DNA from: Rickettsiales bacterium | GTDB lineage: Bacteria; Pseudomonadota; Alphaproteobacteria; Rickettsiales; UBA1997 | Direction of reading: 5' to 3' | DNA length: 64,000 nucleotides | Assembly: GCA_047404215.1 (NCBI GenBank) | Contig: JBDOIV010000005.1 | Span: 9,485-73,484 of the forward strand | Program-made: the position numbers and the translations under genes | Shown here: piece after piece, positions 40,139 to 49,566 of the stretch | How positions within the stretch are numbered: position 1 is the stretch's first letter | Layout: every line of letters begins with the position of its first letter | The notes under the pieces: generated by a model | What the model was told of the DNA's origin: nothing | The model's database searches: none | What the model saw: the letters and a program-made list of their open reading frames with translations, nothing else

Positions 40139-42508
40139 ATGTGGCAAGAAAAATATTATTATATTTTACTGGTAATCCTAAAAAGACTCTTTGGCGCAAG
40201 CTGCATTGTATTTTCCTTTGCTTATTTATTGTCATTACTAAGTTTTGATTACCGCGACCCTTCTTTTAACAGTGTTTCAGATCAGCAGGTAATATCAAAC
40301 TGGATCGGCTCCTTTGGATCTCATATATCCGATATTTCCTATCAATTTATTGGCTTATCATCCTTTGCATTATGTCTAATTATATTCTTTGTTGGAAAGT
40401 TCTTAGCCTCTAGTCAAGGTTGCCGAATGTTTTTGCTAAAGGTATCGTTAATTCCATTTTGTATTTTGGGATTTTCGATATTTTTCTCAACCTTACCGCT
40501 GCCAGATTGGTGGGGATTTAATAGCCTAGGAGGGGTCAATGGCGCCTATCTTCAAAAAGAGATAAACTTCCTATCGCCAGCGGTAACTTCTATTTTGAGC
40601 CTAGTCTTGTCGGTGATTTTGCTGTCAGTAATTATTGAAATTTCTATTCAAGACTGGACTTATTTTTTAAGATATTGCCAAGTAACTGCTGCTTATTTAT
40701 TTAGTGGCACAAAAACCCTATTTGCTAATATCAAAAATAGTGAAATTAGCATCATACCAGGTAAATATTTCTTGAAGACTAAAGGTGAAGAGGTTGATGC
40801 TGACGAGGAAGAGTGTGAAGAAGGTGACGATGAAGAATATGATGATGAGCAAGATGAGGATGATGAAGAATGCGAAGACGAGAAGGAGGAAGAAGAGGAA
40901 GAGGAAGAGGAAGAGGAAGAGGGGGAAGAGGCAAGAGAGTCACTAAAAGATAAGCTTAAAAGAGCGGGTAGTAAAGTTAAGAGAAAAATTATTAAGTCAA
41001 CTTATCAATTGCCAGATATTGATCTATTAATTGATCGCTCTGAAGAAAACAAAAATAAGAAGGTTGGTAAAAAATTCATCAAAGATCAATCAGAAACTTT
41101 GCAGCAAGTTTTGTCAGATTTTGGCGTTCGCGGAGGGTCGCTTGGCGCTAAAGTTGGTCCGGTTGTGACTTTGCACGAATTTGAACCAGCAGCTGGTACC
41201 AAAGCTTCTAGAGTGATTGGTCTTTCGGATGATATTGCTCGCTCGATGAGTGCTATTTCTGCTCGAATTGCAGTGATTCCAGGTAAAACTGCCTTGGGCA
41301 TTGAGTTACCTAATGCCAAGAGGCAGATGATCTTCTTGCGCGAGATGATTGAGTCAAAATCTTATAAAGAATCAGGTATGAATTTACCGATGATTTTAGG
41401 TAAAGATATCGGTGGCGAGCCAATAGTTGCTGACCTAGCAAAAATGCCACACTTATTGATTGCTGGTACTACCGGTTCAGGTAAATCGGTAGGTTTGAAT
41501 GTAATGATTTTATCCTTATTATTTAGATTTAGGCCTGATGAATGCAAATTTATCATGATTGATCCAAAAATGTTGGAGCTTTCAATCTACGATGGTATTC
41601 CGCATTTATTATCACCAGTTGTGACCGAGCCAAGTAAGGCTGTGGTTGCTTTAAAATGGGCGGTTAACGAGATGGAGGATCGTTACAAGTTGATGGCCAG
41701 CTTTGGCGTTAGAAATATTATGGGATATAATGATAAGGCTGAAAAAGCGGCGATGAATGGTGAAACTTTAAGTCGCAAAGTGCAAACTGGTTACAATCCT
41801 GAAGATGGTAAGCCGATCATCGAAGAGATAGAATTTGAGCCTAAAAAACTCCCTTATATGGTTGTAATTATTGACGAGATGGCGGATTTGATGTTGGTAG
41901 CTGGTAAAGAAATTGAGAGTTTAATTCAGCGCTTGGCGCAAATGGCTAGGGCGGCTGGTATTCATATTATAACCGCAACACAGCGACCTTCGGTTGATGT
42001 CATTACTGGTGTTATTAAGGCTAATTTCCCAACTAGAATTAGTTTTCAAGTTACCTCTAAGATCGATAGCAGAACTATCTTGGGGATTCAGGGTGCCGAA
42101 CAGCTTCTGGGGCAAGGTGACATGATCTATATGTCTGGTGGTAGTAAAATGAAGCGTGTTCATGGACCATTTTGCTCTGATGAGGAGATTGGCGAGATTG
42201 TGAATTTTATCAAAGATCAAGATTTAGAAGAGTTCGAGGAGGGTAGTGAAATTGATTTTGACTCGCAAGTCGCACAAAATTCTGCTGCTGACGCTGGTGG
42301 AACGGGTGGCGGCGACAGTAACGGTGATGACGATTTATATAATAGAGCAGTTGCCATTGTTAGGGCCGATAAAAAACCTTCAATTAGTTATGTACAAAGA
42401 AAATTAAGGATAGGATATAATCGCGCCGCCATTTTGATCGAAAGAATGGAAGAAGAGGGGGTGTTAACTGCTCCCAATCAGTCCGGTAAACGTGAAATTA
42501 TTGAATAA
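40139..42508 (+). CDS. ftsK: DNA translocase FtsK with an extreme poly-acidic linker
   Basis: N-terminal TM helices are followed by an acidic linker and a motor domain (LIAGTTGSGKSVGLN, IIDEMADL). A gamma winged-helix domain is at the C-terminus. Confidence 0.9.
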   Translation: MWQEKYYYILLVILKRLFGASCIVFSFAYLLSLLSFDYRDPSFNSVSDQQVISNWIGSFGSHISDISYQFIGLSSFALCLIIFFVGKFLASSQGCRMFLLKVSLIPFCILGFSIFFSTLPLPDWWGFNSLGGVNGAYLQKEINFLSPAVTSILSLVLSVILLSVIIEISIQDWTYFLRYCQVTAAYLFSGTKTLFANIKNSEISIIPGKYFLKTKGEEVDADEEECEEGDDEEYDDEQDEDDEECEDEKEEEEEEEEEEEEGEEARESLKDKLKRAGSKVKRKIIKSTYQLPDIDLLIDRSEENKNKKVGKKFIKDQSETLQQVLSDFGVRGGSLGAKVGPVVTLHEFEPAAGTKASRVIGLSDDIARSMSAISARIAVIPGKTALGIELPNAKRQMIFLREMIESKSYKESGMNLPMILGKDIGGEPIVADLAKMPHLLIAGTTGSGKSVGLNVMILSLLFRFRPDECKFIMIDPKMLELSIYDGIPHLLSPVVTEPSKAVVALKWAVNEMEDRYKLMASFGVRNIMGYNDKAEKAAMNGETLSRKVQTGYNPEDGKPIIEEIEFEPKKLPYMVVIIDEMADLMLVAGKEIESLIQRLAQMARAAGIHIITATQRPSVDVITGVIKANFPTRISFQVTSKIDSRTILGIQGAEQLLGQGDMIYMSGGSKMKRVHGPFCSDEEIGEIVNFIKDQDLEEFEEGSEIDFDSQVAQNSAADAGGTGGGDSNGDDDLYNRAVAIVRADKKPSISYVQRKLRIGYNRAAILIERMEEEGVLTAPNQSGKREIIE

Positions 42509-42695
42509 ATTTTGTCACTGGAATAAATTTTAGCTTTGGACAGGTATTGGTTATACATGCCCACCGCTAGAAATTCATCCCAGCAGCAAAATTACATTTT
42601 GCCTTTGATTACCTAATGATCCGATCAAGAATTACTCATACATGATCTCATCAATAAGCGGTTTATAAATAAAACCATATTGAGCTCTTGCGGCG

Positions 42696-42731
42696 ATTCT
42701 TATAAAAAATAATTTTATTTTTTATAAGAAT
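42696..42731. repeat. Perfect 16-bp-stem inverted repeat (ATTCTTATAAAAAATA-attt-TATTTTTTATAAGAAT)
   Basis: I checked the palindrome base by base. It lies ~190 bp downstream of the ftsK stop and has no adjacent T-run. Confidence 0.8.
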
Positions 42732-42931
42732 GGGGATCCCTACGACTGTGGGGTGCGAATCGTTTCGCGTAAAAATTATCTTATGGCGCAGATAACACTT
42801 TTTTAATTTATCTTAAGATAACTGCTCATGGAAGATGAGAGTTTTGACCTTATAAGGGTGCAATTCCTTTTCCTTGAAGGGTCGTCAGCCGAAGGCTGAC
42901 GGGGTAGTTATACGAATAGTAAAATAACTTC

Positions 42932-42960
42932 TTGACTAATATAAAAAAACAGTGTACAAT
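42932..42960 (+). promoter_or_regulatory. Sigma-70 promoter (TTGACT-N17-TACAAT) upstream of tadA
   Basis: TTGACT is at 42932-42937 and TACAAT at 42955-42960. It shares CAGTGTACAATAATA with the promoter at 23042..23069. Confidence 0.5.
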
Positions 42961-43023
42961 AATATTGTTAGCTAGTTTTTGTGATAAAAAATATTAACTT
43001 TAATAAAGCAATTATGCAAAACA

Positions 43024-43476
43024 ATGGTTTGTGATAATAAAACATTTATGGAATTGGCGCTTGAGCAAGCTAAGGCTGCCGCTAAAGAAGGTGAGGTGCC
43101 AGTTGGTGCAGTTATTGTTAAGGATGGTAAGGTGATTGCAAAAGCCTGCAACAAAAACCGTGGTAAATTTGATCCTTCTGCCCACGCTGAAATTGAAGTC
43201 ATTAGAAAGGCCTGCGCGCTTTTAGAGACTCATCGTCTTGATGGTTGTGACTTATATGTTACTTTGGAGCCTTGTACGATGTGTGCTGCGGCGATATCTC
43301 ACGCTAGAATTAGAAATTTATATTATGGTGCTAGCGATGAGAAGTTTGGGGCGGTGGAAAATGGTGTGCGATTTTTTGCTTCGTCATCATGTATTCATAA
43401 AGTTGATTTTTATTCCGGAATTTGTCAGCGAGATGCTCAGGATTTATTGCTTGAATTTTTTAAAGAAAAAAGATAG
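43024..43476 (+). CDS. tadA: tRNA-specific adenosine-34 deaminase
   Basis: It has the HAEIEVI and LEPCTMCAAAI zinc-binding motifs and is 150 aa. Confidence 0.9.
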   Translation: MVCDNKTFMELALEQAKAAAKEGEVPVGAVIVKDGKVIAKACNKNRGKFDPSAHAEIEVIRKACALLETHRLDGCDLYVTLEPCTMCAAAISHARIRNLYYGASDEKFGAVENGVRFFASSSCIHKVDFYSGICQRDAQDLLLEFFKEKR

Positions 43477-43486
43477 CGAGTAAGGG

Positions 43487-44788
43487 CTATAGCTTGTTGC
43501 GATAAAATTGAATCGCTTGTGGATCAGCATTAATCCTGTTGAAATTAATGGATTTGATAAAAACACCATCAAGAGATTTAGCTCTGGATAGGGCGACATA
43601 AGCTTGACCAGGGGAGAATATGTTAGATAAATCGCAAGATACTTTTTCCAAAGTTAATCCCTGTGACTTATGAATGGTTATTGCCCAAGCTAAAATTAGC
43701 GGAATTTGCACCATTCCCGCTTCGCAGATTAATTGTTTTTTTTCTTCATCATATTTTTCTATCAGCCACTCTTCGGTTTTGATAGCAATTGTAGTGCCGT
43801 TGGAGAACCTAACAATTGGGTAGGATTTTTTTGGCGAAAAGCCTTCAACCACCCCTAAAGAGCCGTTGATTATACCTTCTTTTTGGTAAGTGTTTTTAGT
43901 CATCATTACTTGCGCCCCAACTTTAATATGTAGCAATTTTGGAGCGATGCAATTTTTTTGCAACTGCTCAATTTTATTCTCATTGCCAAAATATTCAGCG
44001 GTAAAGCTTTTGCTTTGATTTGGAATATCGTTTAACATTGCCTGATTGATATCCTCGGCCTTTTTATTGTGACTAGTTAAGATCGTGGGTTTGATAGCTA
44101 TATTTTTATCTTTAGCTGTGGTACGTGAGAGCAGAATTTGTCGATTCTCTTCATTTATTTTGCCAAATCTGAGCTGATTGAGTAGCGAGGTGAAGTTAGA
44201 GTCTTGCTGTCTAAAAACCTCTTCTAAATTAAATATATTTAAATCCAGCTCCTGCCAGCATTGCGATTCAAAGCAAAACCTTGACTTCTCTTCGCCATAT
44301 TTTGAGATCGGGGGTAGCTGTAGGAAGTCTCCGAATAATAATAGCTGCAAACCTCCCATTGGCGAATTATCGTCACGAACAATCCTAAGAACTTGATCTA
44401 GCTTGTCAAAAATATCAGCAGAAAGCATTGAAATCTCATCAATGGCCAAAATTTTGGTTTGTAATATTTTTTTTCGTAGCTTTGACCTCTTGGCGGAAAA
44501 TATATTCTTTGCTATTTGCGAAGCGGGTAAATTGGCTAGGCCGATTCCTGACCATGAATGAATTGTTGATCCGGAAATATTGACAGCAGCAATACCAGTT
44601 GAAGCAGTGATGGCTAGATTCTGATCAGAGAAATACTTCTTGATAAAATTAAGTAAGAATGATTTGCCAGTTCCGGCGCTGCCAGTAACAAAAATATTCT
44701 CTTGTTTTGTCAAGTAGTCAATTATTAACTTCTTTTCAGATGACAGGTTGTGAAAATCAGATTCAAAGCTTTTACTGCTGGGGTACAT
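43487..44788 (-). CDS. Pif1/RecD-family ATP-dependent DNA helicase
   Basis: Walker A is GSAGTGKSF. Other motifs are DEISMLSADIFDKLDQVLR, GDFLQLPPI and a C-terminal HKSQGLT...YVALSR. Confidence 0.8.
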   Translation of the reverse strand: MYPSSKSFESDFHNLSSEKKLIIDYLTKQENIFVTGSAGTGKSFLLNFIKKYFSDQNLAITASTGIAAVNISGSTIHSWSGIGLANLPASQIAKNIFSAKRSKLRKKILQTKILAIDEISMLSADIFDKLDQVLRIVRDDNSPMGGLQLLLFGDFLQLPPISKYGEEKSRFCFESQCWQELDLNIFNLEEVFRQQDSNFTSLLNQLRFGKINEENRQILLSRTTAKDKNIAIKPTILTSHNKKAEDINQAMLNDIPNQSKSFTAEYFGNENKIEQLQKNCIAPKLLHIKVGAQVMMTKNTYQKEGIINGSLGVVEGFSPKKSYPIVRFSNGTTIAIKTEEWLIEKYDEEKKQLICEAGMVQIPLILAWAITIHKSQGLTLEKVSCDLSNIFSPGQAYVALSRAKSLDGVFIKSINFNRINADPQAIQFYRNKL

Positions 44789-44854
44789 ATGAATAATAAA
44801 AACAGCAAGGGAAGGTGAAAAAATTCTACCTTCCCTTGCTGTGTAGGGTTGTTG

Positions 44855-45694
44855 TTATTTAGCTCGCTGTTGTGCTATTTTTGCTTTTAAAGCGGCAACA
44901 TCGACAGCTCCTGGTATCAATTCTTCGCCAATAATAAAGGCTGGAGTGCCATTGATGCCAATTTCAGAGCCCAATTTTAAGTTTTCCTGAAGTATTGAGT
45001 CAATTTTCTCACCCTTACTGTCTAGTGCTTTTTTAAGTTTACTGATATTGATACCAACATTGCCGGCGATCTTAATAGCCTCTTCTTTGCTAGAAACTCT
45101 AGAAGACATTAGTTTGCTGTGAAACTTATGGAACTTTTTGGAGTCGACTATAGATGCTGCTATAGATACCCTGGATAGCTCTCTAGAGGATTTTCCTAAA
45201 ATTGGGAAGTCGCGATAGATTACTCTAACTTTTTTATCTGACTTGATCAACTGATCAACTGATTTACTAGCCTGTTTGCAATATCCGCAGTTATAGTCAT
45301 AAAACTCAACAATTGTTACATCATACTTTCTTGGTGAGTAGTTCGGTGATTTTTTGTTGAAAATTTTGCCCAGGTTAGAGGAGATATTTTTTCTAGCCTC
45401 GTTTATTTGCTCTTGAGCTGCTTTTTGTTGCAATTTTGTAACCGACCTAATGATTGCTTCAGGGTTTTGGTCAATCCAATAAGCGATAACTTTTTCAACA
45501 TCTTCGGCGGATTTAACGCTCATGTCTGAGTTTATCGCTTCCGGCTCAACGTTAGCTAAGATATTTTCAGAATTGCCAGAACTTTCTTTGTTAGAATATG
45601 AGTATACTCCGCCCACAATTAATATGATTGCCGCGATGATGATTAATATCTTTACAATATTATTGTTGATTGATAATCTTGAAATTATAGACAT
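44855..45694 (-). CDS. DsbA-family thiol:disulfide oxidoreductase (membrane-anchored)
   Basis: It has an N-terminal TM segment, a thioredoxin fold with CGYC and the cis-Pro region GTPAFII. Confidence 0.8.
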   Translation of the reverse strand: MSIISRLSINNNIVKILIIIAAIILIVGGVYSYSNKESSGNSENILANVEPEAINSDMSVKSAEDVEKVIAYWIDQNPEAIIRSVTKLQQKAAQEQINEARKNISSNLGKIFNKKSPNYSPRKYDVTIVEFYDYNCGYCKQASKSVDQLIKSDKKVRVIYRDFPILGKSSRELSRVSIAASIVDSKKFHKFHSKLMSSRVSSKEEAIKIAGNVGINISKLKKALDSKGEKIDSILQENLKLGSEIGINGTPAFIIGEELIPGAVDVAALKAKIAQQRAK

Positions 45695-45776
45695 AGGTAG
45701 TATAATTAATTTTAATAAGTTTAGTTTTTAAAAATATTTCTTAACAATAATTCTAGATCGTAAAAGAAAAAATACA

Positions 45777-46436
45777 ATGAAAAATTTAAAAAATATTAAT
45801 TATCCGAATTTTGATATTGAAAAAACATATGCTGACGATTTTGCGATTGGAATAGATGAGGTTGGTAGGGGGTCGATTGCGGGTCCGGTTGTGGCTTGTG
45901 CTGCTTATATCAATCCAAGCCAGTATCAAGATAAAAATATTTTGACCGTTAATGACTCAAAGAAGATATCAAAAAAGAAAAGAAGATTGATGTTTGAATT
46001 TTTGATTGTAAATATTAAGTTTGCAATAGGCATTGTCGAGCGTGAAGTGATTGATGATATTAATATCTTGGAGTCAACTAAGTTGGCAATGTTTAATGCT
46101 TATAAAAAATTAGCCGATAACTTAGGGGATAATAATAATATTGTCTTGGTTGATGGCAACTTTGATCCATTTTTAAAATTTGATGTTAAGCCAAAAAAAG
46201 TATTGCCAGTCGTTAAGGGGGATCAAAAATCGCTATCCATTGCTTGCGCTTCCATAATAGCAAAAGAATCTCGAGATGACATGATGACAAAGTTACACGC
46301 AGAGTTTCCATATTATGATTGGAATAAGAATAGTGGTTATCCAACTAAATTTCATATTGAAAAGATAAATCAATGTGGTATAACTAGTTATCATAGGCGT
46401 AGTTTTGCGCCGGTGCAGAAAATTTTAAATAAGTAA
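45777..46436 (+). CDS. rnhB: Ribonuclease HII
   Basis: It has GIDEVGRGSIAGPVV plus the DSK and SIACASIIAK motifs. Confidence 0.9.
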   Translation: MKNLKNINYPNFDIEKTYADDFAIGIDEVGRGSIAGPVVACAAYINPSQYQDKNILTVNDSKKISKKKRRLMFEFLIVNIKFAIGIVEREVIDDINILESTKLAMFNAYKKLADNLGDNNNIVLVDGNFDPFLKFDVKPKKVLPVVKGDQKSLSIACASIIAKESRDDMMTKLHAEFPYYDWNKNSGYPTKFHIEKINQCGITSYHRRSFAPVQKILNK

Positions 46437-46438
46437 TT

Positions 46439-47056
46439 ATGTTAGAGTTGCTAAAAGAAAGCAACAGCTTGTCTGTTGTAAAGGCAAAAGATAAAATATT
46501 AAAAGGTGAAGTGGTTTGCTTTAAAAGTGACACCGTCTATGCATTTTGCTGTGCTGCCAATGACGATGCGGCGGTATCAAAAATTTACAAGCTGAAGAAT
46601 CGCGATATCAATAAGCCTATTTCGATTTTTGTCAAAGATAAGGATATGGCGCGGGATATTTTTGTTTTTGATGAAGGTGTTGCCAATCTTTGTGATAAAT
46701 ACATGCCTGGATTTATTACTTTAATAGCAAAACTCAAAAAGAATTCAAAATTTCAGTTATCAAAAAAATTAAACCTTGAATCTGATAATATAGGATTTAG
46801 AATTGTAGAAGGTGAATTTGTTAACAGTCTATTGCAAGAGTTGCAATTTCCAATAGCAGTAACAAGCGCTAACATTTCAAGTTCGAAGGAATTACTATGC
46901 GCATCTGACGTTGTGAAGGGGTTCTTACAAAAGTTATCAGACTTTTTGTTAATTGATGGTGGCGATTGTGACTCTAGTAATGTTTCTACTGTTGTTAAGG
47001 TCGATGGTGGAGATGTTAATATAGTTCGCCAAGGAGTATTAAAAATTACAAAATGA
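46439..47056 (+). CDS. tsaC: L-threonylcarbamoyladenylate synthase (TsaC/YrdC family)
   Basis: It has FKSDTVYAFCC and ITSANISS motifs. Apart from the interrupted lipoprotein gene and a pseudogene fragment, it is the only CDS in the window ending in TGA, and a TAA follows two codons later. Confidence 0.8.
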   Translation: MLELLKESNSLSVVKAKDKILKGEVVCFKSDTVYAFCCAANDDAAVSKIYKLKNRDINKPISIFVKDKDMARDIFVFDEGVANLCDKYMPGFITLIAKLKKNSKFQLSKKLNLESDNIGFRIVEGEFVNSLLQELQFPIAVTSANISSSKELLCASDVVKGFLQKLSDFLLIDGGDCDSSNVSTVVKVDGGDVNIVRQGVLKITK

Positions 47057-47066
47057 CAATAATCTT

Positions 47067-47750
47067 ATGAAGTTTTTAACTGACTTATTTTTCAACAGTA
47101 ATTTATTAAAAATTGCTGCAGTATCTCTAATGTTATATTTTGCTTTGTATAAATACGATGAATCACCGGATTCGATAGCAAAAAGATTCACTGAGGATAG
47201 TATTTCTAAAGATATGAAAATTGCTAAAGAGCAGACTAAAAAAATTGTACAAACCATATCCTACGTTAGAAGTGTTGAAAATAAAAGAGAAAATGAGGAG
47301 GTGATAGCCGACTATGAAAAAATAAGACATGAGAGATCGCTTGCCGAAATGAGAAAGAACATCTCTGCGATTGATAAATTAAAAATTAAAACCGTTGTTA
47401 AGCCGGGTAGTGATGCTGGTAAATTTCAGTGTAGTGACCGCTTATTGCTATCATACAAGATTACCGATGATGATAATCAAAATATTTTATATTCTGTTGA
47501 AAAGGGTGATGTCGAAATTCATGACTACAAGGATGTTTTATTTTTAAGATTGGCAAGAAAAATGAAAGAGGGTCAGGTTGTTGAGCTAACCATAGATCAA
47601 AAATATAACTTCTTACCTAATAGCGTTAAGAGATACTACTTAAAATCATCTGGTAAAATTACTTTGAACTTAAAGTTCGAAGGAGTGACGATGCCATCAA
47701 CAATGAATTCTAAGTTTTCTGAGTCGTTAATTAAAGAGATGTGTAATTAA
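47067..47750 (+). CDS. Hypothetical membrane-anchored protein (weak FKBP-like C-terminal pattern)
   Basis: It has an N-terminal TM segment. The C-terminal beta-rich region resembles the FKBP layout only loosely. Confidence 0.35.
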   Translation: MKFLTDLFFNSNLLKIAAVSLMLYFALYKYDESPDSIAKRFTEDSISKDMKIAKEQTKKIVQTISYVRSVENKRENEEVIADYEKIRHERSLAEMRKNISAIDKLKIKTVVKPGSDAGKFQCSDRLLLSYKITDDDNQNILYSVEKGDVEIHDYKDVLFLRLARKMKEGQVVELTIDQKYNFLPNSVKRYYLKSSGKITLNLKFEGVTMPSTMNSKFSESLIKEMCN

Positions 47751-47762
47751 AGTGAAAAAAAT

Positions 47763-48368
47763 ATGAACAATATCAATAAGAAAGAAATTGAGAATGTTAA
47801 AGCTACTAAAAAAAGTAAAAAGGAAGGGTTGTCAAAGTTCCTTTCTGATTTTTTGCCATTAATAATATTCTTAATTGTTTATAAAACGTCTGGCCAAGAA
47901 AAGCCAATTATTACAGCGACAATGTGGATGATAATTGTAACCTTTTTTGCGTTGGCAGTATCTTATTGCTTGACCAAGAAGATTGCTAAAATGCCTTTGA
48001 TTACGGCACTAGTGTTGGCTGTTTTTGGTGGTTTGACATTATTTTCTGGTGACGATTATTTTATTAAAATAAAGCCAACCTTAATTAATTCAACCTTTGC
48101 TGTAATTTTATTTTTTGGCTATTTTACAAAGAGACCTTTGATATCCATGTTGTTTGGTGGAGAGTTGAGTTTAAAAGAGGAGGCTTGGCATACCTTATCT
48201 TGTCGCTGGGCCTGTTTCTTTGTTTTTTTGGCGGTGTTAAACGAATTAATATGGCGTAATTTTTCTCTTGATTTTTGGGTAAATTTTAAAGTATTTGCAA
48301 TATTGCCAATTTCTTTGATATTTACAATTTCTCAAGTACCATTTATTATGAAAAATATTAAGAAGTAG
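47763..48368 (+). CDS. yciB: Intracellular septation protein A (YciB/IspZ family)
   Basis: The FLPLIIFLIVYK start is followed by five TM segments. Length is ~200 aa. Confidence 0.75.
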   Translation: MNNINKKEIENVKATKKSKKEGLSKFLSDFLPLIIFLIVYKTSGQEKPIITATMWMIIVTFFALAVSYCLTKKIAKMPLITALVLAVFGGLTLFSGDDYFIKIKPTLINSTFAVILFFGYFTKRPLISMLFGGELSLKEEAWHTLSCRWACFFVFLAVLNELIWRNFSLDFWVNFKVFAILPISLIFTISQVPFIMKNIKK

Positions 48369-49479
48369 GATTTTGATATATAGCTAGAAGATCTTGTTTG
48401 TTGATAATCCTAGATTCTTTAAGTTCAAATTGTGATAAACTGTCATTTACTGCCTGAATATTCATCGCCTCAATAGCATCCTTCGAATCTGCACCAAATA
48501 TTTTATTGTTTGTAAACCAGATTATCTCATTTACCAGGTTTTGCTTTAATAGTGCTGTTGAGGTTACGCTACCACCCTCTATTAAGATTGAGTTAATAGA
48601 ATGTCTTCTTATTTCTTGTAAACAAAATCTCATATTTAAAATATTTTTTTGCGCTGGAGAATATATTACAGAGGTATTGCTATCTTGAAATTCCAATGCT
48701 TTACTTTTGTTATCTTCGTTATCGAGGCATAGAATTACCTTATGCACTTTCTTGTTTTTAAATATCTTGTAATTTCTAGTAAAGTCGATATTATTGCTGG
48801 CAATTATTATAGTAGGAGAATTATCTTCTAGGCCTTTAATTCTGCAGTTTAATGAAGGATTGTCGTTAATCAAAGTGTTTTTGCCAATTAAAATTGCGTC
48901 ATTTAAATATCTATAATAATGGCCAACTTTTCTTGAGTCGGCAGATGTAATCCATTTACTTTCATTGTTAGCGAGCGCAACTTTGCCATCCATAGAGGTG
49001 GCTAATTTTAGAGTTACATAAGGAGTGCCATTTTTATTTGCTGCAAAAAATCTTTTATTTACTTCGTATGCTTCAGGCATCTCCATGACATCAACTTCTA
49101 TACCATGTTTACGCAGTAGGTTTATAGATTTGCCATTAACTCTATCATCGTTATCTATGGCTGCTATTACTACTCTGGTAATGCCACTATTAATTATTGC
49201 ATCCGTACAAGGTGGTGTTTTGCCATGGTGGCAGCAGGGCTCTAGGCTAACATATAAAGTAGATCCTTTTAATTTTGATTTGTCGGATATTTTGTTGATA
49301 GCGTTAAATTCAGCGTGAGGTCTGCCATTTTTAGAAGTGACTCCTTGAGAAATTATAATGTTATTTTTAACCAATAAACATCCAACAGAAGGGTTGGGAG
49401 AGGTCGTGGCAATATTAACTTTTGATAAATTGATACATATCTTTAAAAACTTTGCATCATCTTTATTTTTTTTTACCAT
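48358..49479 (-). CDS. ribD: Bifunctional riboflavin biosynthesis deaminase/reductase RibD
   Basis: Deaminase motifs are HAEFNAI and LEPCCHHGKTPPC. A C-terminal RibD_C reductase domain follows. Confidence 0.9.
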   Translation of the reverse strand: MVKKNKDDAKFLKICINLSKVNIATTSPNPSVGCLLVKNNIIISQGVTSKNGRPHAEFNAINKISDKSKLKGSTLYVSLEPCCHHGKTPPCTDAIINSGITRVVIAAIDNDDRVNGKSINLLRKHGIEVDVMEMPEAYEVNKRFFAANKNGTPYVTLKLATSMDGKVALANNESKWITSADSRKVGHYYRYLNDAILIGKNTLINDNPSLNCRIKGLEDNSPTIIIASNNIDFTRNYKIFKNKKVHKVILCLDNEDNKSKALEFQDSNTSVIYSPAQKNILNMRFCLQEIRRHSINSILIEGGSVTSTALLKQNLVNEIIWFTNNKIFGADSKDAIEAMNIQAVNDSLSQFELKESRIINKQDLLAIYQNPTS

Positions 49480-49566
49480 TCTTGTTGAATATTAATATTT
49501 TTGTTCTATTATATATAGGTAATATTATAATTCCTTTTTTTGAAATTTTCAATTTTTATTTTAGCA

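Noticed and set aside
42509-42930. A known ncRNA (tmRNA piece, SRP/4.5S RNA, 6S RNA or RNase P RNA) in the ftsK-tadA spacer.
   Set aside because: I found none of the diagnostic conserved motifs: no T-loop GGTTCGAATCC with a CCA end, no Ala-starting tag ORF, no SRP domain IV GGAA tetraloop context, and no RNase P GGAAAGTCC-type core. It is reported only as an unexplained structured spacer.
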